Shown: piece after piece, positions 18,901-26,082 of the stretch
How the letters are laid out: each line of letters begins with the position of its first letter
Position numbering within the stretch: position 1 is the first letter of the stretch
DNA from: a virus
Strand: one strand, 5' to 3'
Virus record (IMG/VR): IMGVR_UViG_3300035670_010555
Coordinates: 32,001 to 96,000 of that record
Length of the DNA stretch: 64,000 bases
Notes under the pieces: generated by a model
What the model was told of the DNA's origin: nothing
The model's input: the letters and a program-made list of their open reading frames with translations, nothing else
The model's database searches: none
Position numbers and translations under genes: made by a program

Positions 18901-19189
18901 AAAGTTGATTTGATTGTTGCAAATATGACTTTGCAATATATGCAGCTTCATACTTAGGGATTTGTGTGTTTATAAATTTTGTAGGTTCAGTCCCCCCAAA
19001 ATATGATTGAAACTCATCGTAGTTCGTGATGAAGATAGGTTCGAATGCGGGACCTTTGATTGTTTCCCCGACTAAACCTAACGTAGTCACACCTACACTT
19101 TGAGCCACAAATGATAAGTCAGTTTCAGACGTATATACTCCAGGCGATACGTATACCTTTTGATTTACTTGTGTTGCTTGAAAAAACAT
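15980..19189 (-). CDS. Contractile tail sheath protein (T4 gp18-like)
   Basis: SPGVYTSETDLS, GETIKGPAFEP, PWFASAGYTRG, LYQGRINPI, WGNKTLQ, LNRLNVRRLL, KPTKALEFIDIEF. Confidence 0.95.
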   Translation of the reverse strand: MFFQATQVNQKVYVSPGVYTSETDLSFVAQSVGVTTLGLVGETIKGPAFEPIFITNYDEFQSYFGGTEPTKFINTQIPKYEAAYIAKSYLQQSNQLFVTRILGLSGYDAGPSWSIKVTANVDPLTIGLSPVTGTTWSADFTGSSSGNTVEFVGGALPSEVLAKFNSQYRLSDGSTSTLGLDFTSNLDNIMDTPSLSANTAVVYGVLPESDFYDLTATYSNIINEYACDTVNLATNDLSSDENDPWYYANFDITSGNAYSGYSFFYYVSSLTSGASSTFSGTISGTVYNYSGTAYSEYNNMVVATLRSRGISLYTNSTTSDNHGPIYEVSGLTDLQLVCTEQYSGVTQSPFESFLISGVTKDNDNFSFETSMSASSPKYITKVLGVDNFGKSRNEVPVYVEEIYPGTLAYAYNQGYIRGLNCNLIALEGARSQDPQSIAYNVTQYKSPSTPFLVSELRGNKVYNLFKFISISDGNAANTEVKVSITNLSFNNMSFDVLVRNFFDTDANPVVIEKFTNCNMNPNSNNFVAKKIGSSDGEYALISRYIMIELADEAPIDAIPCGFYGYTQREYSSVSNPSPVPIFKTKYYFPGEVIYNPPFGAPTDVTESSGDIVRRSYLGFSSQFGIDDSFLQYKGTQNPLNWVDSPLPVEGATWNYLSKGFHMDSGATVVTISNSSLTSGQTAFECGVADFTRDPETQENPYYFIFSRKYTVCFAGGFDGWDIYREFRTNEDRFQIGATGFLAGASPSQRYPNATGTGLFKRIVVQNNTQDFANTDYYAYLLGILTFANPESTNINVFATSSIDYVNNSNLVEEAIDMVQFSRADSVYIATTPDYQMFTPDATNPQDIIYPQEAVDNLDNTGIDSNYTATYYPWILTRDTVNNTQIYLPPTGEVCRNLALTDNIAFPWFASAGYTRGLVNSIKARVKLTQEDRDTLYQGRINPIATFSDVGTVIWGNKTLQVADTALNRLNVRRLLLQARKLISAVAVRLLFEQNDQIVRQQFLDSVNPILDSIRRDRGLFDFRVTVSSSPEDLDRNTLTGKIYLKPTKALEFIDIEFFITPTGASFENI

Positions 19190-19310
19190 AGTTCAAAATT
19201 ATTGTTAGCAAATTTATTTTAATGATAAATATTCATATCTGAGTGAAAAAACTTGACTTTTGAATATCTATTTGTAAGGAGTATGAATTTATTCTACCTT
19301 TTTTCTACCT

Positions 19311-19472
19311 ATGAAAACAACTAAAGAAATAAAGAATATCAAAATATCCCCTGAATCCCACGAGATATTAAAAAAGTACTGTGAAAAGCGTGGAATAAAA
19401 ATCTACAAGTTTTTGGAAAATCTTATTATAGAAAATTGTAAAGAGAAGAAAGATATTTACGGGGAGGACTAA
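19311..19472 (+). CDS. Small ribbon-helix-helix-like DNA-binding protein (53 aa); not in the ORF track
   Basis: MKTTKEIKNIKISPESHEILKKYCEKRGIKIYKFLENLIIENCKEKKDIYGED*; beta-alpha-alpha RHH pattern. Confidence 0.6.
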   Translation: MKTTKEIKNIKISPESHEILKKYCEKRGIKIYKFLENLIIENCKEKKDIYGED

Positions 19473-20509
19473 ACTAACTGAGATTCGAATTCGATGTTGG
19501 ACTCTAAGTCATTATCATTTTTGACAACATCAATTCTTAAAATATCATTTGTTGTGATTTGAATTTCGGAAACATCAGTACCAAAATAATCCCCATTTAT
19601 ATATACATCAAAACTATCAACATTAGTTGATTTAATTAAAGATAAGTTTGCTCTAAAATCAATAATTTCACTTAAAGTGTTATTCCCAACTATATATAAA
19701 AAGTTGGATAAAAATTCGTCAGGATTTTTAGGAAACTTTGGTCTTCTTCTCTTCAACACCGTGTTGTCCAACTCCATAATTTGCGAGACTCTGGCGATTG
19801 CTGGTTTAACTTCAAATTCCTCTTCATCAATCAAATAACCTAACATAGTAAAGTCATAATTTTGAATAAAATATTTTCTAGCATCAACCTGCATTTGTGA
19901 CTCGTCAGATATATTATTAAGAACAATTGGAACATATTGACCTTTGATAAAAGTATATGCTTGCCTTGAAGAAAACTTTTGCATAATAATCTTATTCAGT
20001 TGGTTAAGTTCTCTCATTCTGTTACAAATAATTTTCACACTATAATTAATGTCAACAGGTACGGGTTGAGGGATTGTGTAAATGTCCATACCCTGTTCAT
20101 TACCATTCCAAGTTGGCACAGAAGCGTAATAAAATTGTTTTCTATTTGGTATTGTATATTGTAAAGCCGGATTTGTACCGTACTTAACTTCGGGTTGTCT
20201 AACAACAGTTATGAATGGAGGTTCAGGATTGAAATCCAAGTTGGTAAATAAAGCCGTTTCAACATATTGAGACCAATTTTGTGTCGTGATTATAATATCA
20301 ACCATCGGAATAATTTTTCCCGCTGTCACAACTTTAAGATCTTCTTTGACAAAATCCAGCATTCCCCTATCCAAATCAGCGTGTAATACTGACTTTGGTA
20401 AATAAGTTCCATCTTTGTTTATAAACTCAAGAAGTTGTTCTCTTCTTGCGTACAAAGTTTTCTTTGGGACTAAAGGTAATGTAGGTTTAACTTGTTTTGG
20501 TAAAGGCAT
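19469..20509 (-). CDS. Tail terminator/sheath stabiliser (T4 gp15-like)
   Basis: PQPVPVDINYSVKIICNRMRELNQLNKIIMQKF pattern; position upstream of the sheath. Confidence 0.6.
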   Translation of the reverse strand: MPLPKQVKPTLPLVPKKTLYARREQLLEFINKDGTYLPKSVLHADLDRGMLDFVKEDLKVVTAGKIIPMVDIIITTQNWSQYVETALFTNLDFNPEPPFITVVRQPEVKYGTNPALQYTIPNRKQFYYASVPTWNGNEQGMDIYTIPQPVPVDINYSVKIICNRMRELNQLNKIIMQKFSSRQAYTFIKGQYVPIVLNNISDESQMQVDARKYFIQNYDFTMLGYLIDEEEFEVKPAIARVSQIMELDNTVLKRRRPKFPKNPDEFLSNFLYIVGNNTLSEIIDFRANLSLIKSTNVDSFDVYINGDYFGTDVSEIQITTNDILRIDVVKNDNDLESNIEFESQLV

Positions 20510-20515
20510 CTTTTT

Positions 20516-20677
20516 TTATTTTTCAGAATTATCATGTCCACATTTATGACACATGTAAGGGTCTTTCCCTCCTTCAGATAATTTCCAAGACCAACCACAT
20601 TCATCACAAATAACTTTCTCTTTGGTGACCTTTTCAACTATTCGAGCCAGCTGAGTTTCCCTAACAATAATTTTCAT
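20516..20677 (-). CDS. Small Zn-ribbon protein (53 aa); not in the ORF track
   Basis: MKIIVRETQLARIVEKVTKEKVICDECGWSWKLSEGGKDPYMCHKCGHDNSEK*; two CxxC; TAATG coupling to the upstream gene. Confidence 0.7.
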   Translation of the reverse strand: MKIIVRETQLARIVEKVTKEKVICDECGWSWKLSEGGKDPYMCHKCGHDNSEK

Positions 20678-21192
20678 TATATTCCCCTAAATTCGTTTTC
20701 ACTAACATAAGTGGCAATAACAGTTCTATAGAAAGGTTTATATCCACCATATGTATGTTTATTATCAGATTTTACAAATCCATCATCGACAACAGAATAA
20801 TACCTAACTCGGTCTTCAGACTCGTAGTATCCAATGTAATCACCCATAAATATTTCAACACCCATATCATCCAAAGTTTTTTGATAGATACTAAATTTCA
20901 TATTACCAGGTTCTTGTTGTTCTATCTTGGAAGTTCCAAGATTTTTATTGACAGGTGCCATAACTTGAACCAATCCCTTCAGTTCAACAGGTGCAAGAAA
21001 CTGTATCCCATCTTCCAACACTTCTCCATATACATCATCAGTTTTCGTCTTTCTTCTATCAATACGGTAAAGTACTATAGTGAAATTCATATCACCGATT
21101 AGCCATTCTTCACCCATACCGATATCTAAACTATAATCTTCGGCTCCGAAGAATTTACCTAATCTTGAAATTGGAACTAACTTTTCTCCCAT
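20677..21192 (-). CDS. Head closure/neck protein (T4 gp14-like)
   Basis: LYRIDRRKTKTDDVYGE...PVELKGL...IFMGDYIGY; head-tail joining context. Confidence 0.55.
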   Translation of the reverse strand: MGEKLVPISRLGKFFGAEDYSLDIGMGEEWLIGDMNFTIVLYRIDRRKTKTDDVYGEVLEDGIQFLAPVELKGLVQVMAPVNKNLGTSKIEQQEPGNMKFSIYQKTLDDMGVEIFMGDYIGYYESEDRVRYYSVVDDGFVKSDNKHTYGGYKPFYRTVIATYVSENEFRGI

Positions 21193-21267
21193 TATATTAT
21201 ATGATTACCTATATGTTGATAAATACTCAGTTTATAACTATATTTTAATCAAATATTTTTCTTATAG

Positions 21268-23019
21268 ATGGATGTAAGTCTAGAATCGAAAGCATTATCA
21301 CTATTGGAATCTTATGAAGGTGGAAATAACTATTTACTTGAACTCAAACGAAAGTCTCAAATAAATAAAAGATTCTATCCAACAAGAAGCCAATCTGAGT
21401 ATATTATCAATAACCATAACAACCAACCAAAGGTTGCAAAGAAATGGGTCATACTAGATGCGTACTTTGCCAAAAAGTTAGCCGATGATAAATTATATAC
21501 CGTAATACCTGATAAAGTATGGGTTGAAAAATTATTGTGTGACACAGAAAAAGCTTTTCACATTTGGGGTAAGGTATTCGAAACTGAAGAATTCCACGAT
21601 TTTTGGTTACCAAAAGCTGCGATTATAAAAGACAATTCAGTTAAAGATGTTGTCATAGATTATAAAAAATATTCTCATAGACCCCCACTCGAACATCAAA
21701 AAGAAGCAATCCAAAAACTTGTTGAAAACAAAAAATACATATTGGCTGATGATATGGGTTTGGGGAAAACAACTTCAACGATCATCGCAGCTTTAGAAAC
21801 GGGAGCAAAGAAAATTCTAATCATTTGTCCAGCAACTCTTAAGATAAATTGGAAACGAGAAATTGAAAATTATTCAGATAGGTCGATATTCATATCAGAA
21901 GGAAAAACTTTTAGTACCGAACACGATTTCGTAATCATAAACTACGACATTATCAAAAACTTTCATGACACTAAGAAAAAAGATGAATCGCAAGTTATTG
22001 CTGCCAATTTTGATTTGGTGGTCGTTGACGAAGCTCACTATATCAAAAATCCTACAGCCCAAAGAACAAAACTAATAAACGACATCGCCAAAGGAGTTGA
22101 TAGATTATGGTTGTTAACAGGAACACCGATGACATCAAGACCTATGGATTATTTCAATCTATTACATCTTATTGAGTCGCCTGTTGCTAAAAATTGGATG
22201 GCTTACGCAATCAGATATTGTAGTGGGTATCAATTCAATGTTGGAGGACGTAAAGTTTGGAACGTAACAGGTTCATCCAATTTGGAAGAATTAAGAGACA
22301 GAACGACAGGTCTTGTGTTACGAAGACTCAAAGAAAACGTATTGGACTTACCCGAAAAAATAATAACCCCCGTTTATCTTAGATTGAAATCCAAAGCATA
22401 TGAAGAAGTTATGGGAGAGTATTATGATTGGTATGATAAGAACCCTGAAGAATCCAAATCATTAACGGTACAGTTTACCAAGCTTACCAAAGTACGACAA
22501 ATCATTGCCGATGAAAAAATACTTCAAACAATTGAAATTGCCGAAAACATTATTGAACAAGATAAGAAGGTAATTATTTTCTGTAACTTCACCGACTCTC
22601 TGAATAAAATTTGTCAACACTTTGGAAAAACTGCAGTCAAAGTGGATGGTTCGATGTCCAAATCTGAAAGACAACATAGTGTGGATAGTTTCCAAGAAAA
22701 TGATAAGGTCAAAGTATTTGTTGGTAACATTAAAGCTGCGGGAGTTGGTTTAACTTTGACTGCTGGTGAAGCGGTAATTATGAACGATCTATCATTCTTA
22801 CCATCTGACCACGCTCAAGCAGAGGATAGAGCATATAGATACGGTCAAAAAAACAACGTACTAGTTTATTACCCAATATTCGAAAATACAATCGAAGGAA
22901 TTATCTATGACATATTAAATAATAAAAAACAAGTCATAGCAACCGTAATGGGGGATAACCTTAATTCATCTGATATGGCTGAAGAAATTTTGAAGAGAAT
23001 AAACGAAATCAGAAAATAA
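21268..23019 (+). CDS. SNF2-family helicase/annealing helicase
   Basis: LADDMGLGKT, ICPATLKINW, DEAH, LTGTP, GVGLTLT, QAEDRAYRYGQ. Confidence 0.95.
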   Translation: MDVSLESKALSLLESYEGGNNYLLELKRKSQINKRFYPTRSQSEYIINNHNNQPKVAKKWVILDAYFAKKLADDKLYTVIPDKVWVEKLLCDTEKAFHIWGKVFETEEFHDFWLPKAAIIKDNSVKDVVIDYKKYSHRPPLEHQKEAIQKLVENKKYILADDMGLGKTTSTIIAALETGAKKILIICPATLKINWKREIENYSDRSIFISEGKTFSTEHDFVIINYDIIKNFHDTKKKDESQVIAANFDLVVVDEAHYIKNPTAQRTKLINDIAKGVDRLWLLTGTPMTSRPMDYFNLLHLIESPVAKNWMAYAIRYCSGYQFNVGGRKVWNVTGSSNLEELRDRTTGLVLRRLKENVLDLPEKIITPVYLRLKSKAYEEVMGEYYDWYDKNPEESKSLTVQFTKLTKVRQIIADEKILQTIEIAENIIEQDKKVIIFCNFTDSLNKICQHFGKTAVKVDGSMSKSERQHSVDSFQENDKVKVFVGNIKAAGVGLTLTAGEAVIMNDLSFLPSDHAQAEDRAYRYGQKNNVLVYYPIFENTIEGIIYDILNNKKQVIATVMGDNLNSSDMAEEILKRINEIRK

Positions 23020-23057
23020 ACTGATTTTGTATTATTTATAGTAAATTAAAGCCAACA

Positions 23058-24596
23058 ATGAATAAAACAGAAGAAAAGATTCAACAACTCGAATTACAGA
23101 TTGTAGAACAAAAAGTAACCAGAGAAAAAGAGTTGTTAATCACCGAAATGAAAAAAATAGGAATTGAGAAACTACCATATTCCTATTCCGCCCTCAAACA
23201 ATTTATTGACCCCGAAACAATGGATTTCCATTATAACAAACATTACAAGGGGTATGTTGATAAATTAAACGATGCTCTATCCAAGAAAAAATATGGAGAT
23301 TTAGAGTTAGAACAAATAATCAAAACAATAAGCCGATTTGACAAAACAATTAGAAATAATGCAGGTGGAGCATTTAACCACGCATTGTTTTGGAACATGC
23401 TAACACCTGAACCCAAAAGACTCAAAGGGGATTTACAGAAAAAAATTATCAAAGAGTTCGGTAGCTTCATTTTATTTAAGAAAAAGTTCGAAGAAATTGC
23501 CAAAGAAAGATTCGGGTCAGGATGGGTTTGGTTAGTTTTAACTGGTAGAAATACTTTGAAAATTATGTCCACCCCAAACCAAGATAACCCTTTGATGAAT
23601 ATTATTGAAGGTGGTGGATTTCCGTTATTAGGTTTGGATTTATGGGAACATGCATATTATCTCAAGTATAAAAACAAAAGAGACGAATATATTTCTAACT
23701 TTTGGAAAGTGGTGAATTGGGAATTTGTTTCCAAACTTTATGATATGAAAACAGAAACAAAACTTTTGGAATCTGTTGAAATGAAAAAAATTATCAAAGA
23801 ATTCAAGGAACCAAAATTTTGTGATTCAAATGAAATTACTTTTTATAAAGAATTAATCAACAATCCAAAGATAAAAAAATTATACCAAGAAGGTGTTACT
23901 GATGTTTTGAAAAAAGTATTTCATGAATATTGGGTGGAGAGTAATGAGAAAGAAATGTCTGGCTTTTATGGGATTGAATCCGACAGTGCTAGATCAGTTT
24001 TGAATAATTTGAATACCAACTTTAACACTTTTTGTTTATTAACAAAAGCAATCAATAGACAGATAGAATCGATTAACAAACCAAACAAAAAATTCGATTT
24101 TTCCATCAAAGAGAAACGAACAATTAGTGAGGTCAATAGACTTATTGCTGCGTTAGATTATTTCAAAAAAGAAATTTTTACAAAAAACAACGAAGATTTT
24201 GTTAACATTATAAGTGTGTTATTAAAACTTTGGGATAGAGGGCAAAAATCTGAAGACAAAGTTCTTTCTAAAATAGAGCAATATTTCGGTAAAGATTCTT
24301 CAGTTGAAAAGATAGGTGGCCATGGTCAGAAAAGTGACGCATTCAAAGGTATTGATTTGATTGTCAATGTTGGTGGTAAAAAACACACCGCTCAAGTGAA
24401 ACCTTTTTCTTCTATAAAAAAAGAAGGAGATAAAATCACAGTTTTGAATACAGGTAACGTTAAACCATATAACGTAGATTGGATGATATTTATAAACACT
24501 AAGTCTAATAAAATTCTAATTATTGAGAATAATCCGATTGAGAGCCGTGACCAATATGTTTTCAATGTGTCATCTCTAATTCACGAAATAGATTAA
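23058..24596 (+). CDS. sod: Mn/Fe superoxide dismutase fused to a C-terminal PD-(D/E)xK-like domain
   Basis: LPYSYSAL, HYNKH, NNAGGAFNHALFW, FGSGWVWL, PNQDNP, DLWEHAYY; C-terminal GQKSE...DAFKGIDL...AQVKP. Confidence 0.85.
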   Translation: MNKTEEKIQQLELQIVEQKVTREKELLITEMKKIGIEKLPYSYSALKQFIDPETMDFHYNKHYKGYVDKLNDALSKKKYGDLELEQIIKTISRFDKTIRNNAGGAFNHALFWNMLTPEPKRLKGDLQKKIIKEFGSFILFKKKFEEIAKERFGSGWVWLVLTGRNTLKIMSTPNQDNPLMNIIEGGGFPLLGLDLWEHAYYLKYKNKRDEYISNFWKVVNWEFVSKLYDMKTETKLLESVEMKKIIKEFKEPKFCDSNEITFYKELINNPKIKKLYQEGVTDVLKKVFHEYWVESNEKEMSGFYGIESDSARSVLNNLNTNFNTFCLLTKAINRQIESINKPNKKFDFSIKEKRTISEVNRLIAALDYFKKEIFTKNNEDFVNIISVLLKLWDRGQKSEDKVLSKIEQYFGKDSSVEKIGGHGQKSDAFKGIDLIVNVGGKKHTAQVKPFSSIKKEGDKITVLNTGNVKPYNVDWMIFINTKSNKILIIENNPIESRDQYVFNVSSLIHEID

Positions 24597-24614
24597 TAAA
24601 GATATTTATATTAT

Positions 24615-25742
24615 ATGTCAGCAATACCAGAACCAGAACGAAGTAGGATATACACTAGAATTAAACACCAATTAGGTGCTCCACTCAGAAGTGTCGAACT
24701 CGAAGACGAAATGTTGGATTCACTAATGGAATTAGCCATAGGGGACTATGAAGAATATATCCTTCAGTGGTTAATCGATTCACAGTGGGTTAATCTCGTA
24801 AACTTGAATATGAACGAAAGGTCAGTTGCCAGAGCGTTGGTAACTCGAACTATGGATTTTGAACAACAATTCAGTTATTCATATTCGAAAATTGTGGGTC
24901 TACAAACCACAGGCCCTTGGGTTCTAAAAAAAGATTATTTTATTTTAAGTGCTAATACACAAACTTACGAAATTCCCGCAGGACGAGAAGTAAATGAATT
25001 GTTGTGGTTTTCTAATCAACCTTGGACAGCATTTGGATTAGGAGGGGTTGGAGGATTCGGATTCGGAGGTATCGGATTAGGGGCTAATGAAGCTGGTTAT
25101 GCTCAAATGGGATATCAAGGGTCATACTTTATGATGTCAGGATTTGACTACTTAATTAGAATGCAAGAGGCGAATATTCTAAACAGAATCTTAGGAGGTT
25201 CCTTAACATATAGAATTACTGGTCTTCCTGATGGAAAAAGACTTATCCACTTATATAACACTCCTGGAGGAAGATTCAATTGGAATAACTACAGTTTGTA
25301 TGTTGGTAAAGCGGTATGGTATTGGTATTATGATGTTGAACCTGATAGTCGAGCCGATTGTTTGAAGAACAATCCTGACATTATCAAACTACCTACTGAT
25401 GTACCTATTGAAGAATTGACTTGGACTGACCTAAATGTGCCAGGCCAACAATGGGTTAGAAGATGGTTCACCGCTTATTGTAAAGAAACTTTGGCAAGAG
25501 TAAGAGGTAAATATAGTGGTAATCTTAAGACACCTGATAGTGAGATAGTTATGGACTATCAGAGTTTGTTAACTGAGGCTAAAGATGAAAAAACTAAATT
25601 AATCGAAGAATTAATTGGTGCTGAAGGTTGGTTAACAAGATTGAGACCTGAAAAAGTAATGGAGAGAGAGGCATTAATTGCCGAAAATCTAAATAAACAA
25701 ATGAAGTTTAGAGCAATGCCTCGACAAATTTACGTAATTTAA
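24615..25742 (+). CDS. Neck/head-tail adaptor (T4 gp13-like)
   Basis: IKHQLGAPLRSVELEDEML N-terminus; WVRRWFTAYCKETLARVRGKYSG. Confidence 0.75.
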   Translation: MSAIPEPERSRIYTRIKHQLGAPLRSVELEDEMLDSLMELAIGDYEEYILQWLIDSQWVNLVNLNMNERSVARALVTRTMDFEQQFSYSYSKIVGLQTTGPWVLKKDYFILSANTQTYEIPAGREVNELLWFSNQPWTAFGLGGVGGFGFGGIGLGANEAGYAQMGYQGSYFMMSGFDYLIRMQEANILNRILGGSLTYRITGLPDGKRLIHLYNTPGGRFNWNNYSLYVGKAVWYWYYDVEPDSRADCLKNNPDIIKLPTDVPIEELTWTDLNVPGQQWVRRWFTAYCKETLARVRGKYSGNLKTPDSEIVMDYQSLLTEAKDEKTKLIEELIGAEGWLTRLRPEKVMEREALIAENLNKQMKFRAMPRQIYVI

Positions 25743-25746
25743 TTTT

Positions 25747-26082
25747 ATGGCAATAGTAAAATCAATACCTTCAAAAAGAATAATTAAGGGTGAAGTAATT
25801 AATGCTTCAGAAATTTCTGTAGTTTCCGAGACAAGTTACAAAACCAGCGGAGAGAGTTGTGTTATTGTAAGAGGTATTGCTCAAGCAGTTATAATTTTGG
25901 ATTCAACAAATACCGACCACGTTGTGGTTAAATCAATGACCAACCTCACCATACTTCCCGATGTCGGACTAATCGACGAAGAATATGATGAGGTTGTTGT
26001 TGATAAGTTTGCTTGTATTGAATTCAGATTTGTTGGTGGAAACTGGTACATCCTGTCAAGTGACGGACTTAAACAGTCATAA
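25747..26082 (+). CDS. Hypothetical beta-rich protein, possibly structural
   Basis: Coupled to the neck gene; ends IEFRFVGGNWYILS, resembling fibre/baseplate modules. Confidence 0.55.
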   Translation: MAIVKSIPSKRIIKGEVINASEISVVSETSYKTSGESCVIVRGIAQAVIILDSTNTDHVVVKSMTNLTILPDVGLIDEEYDEVVVDKFACIEFRFVGGNWYILSSDGLKQS

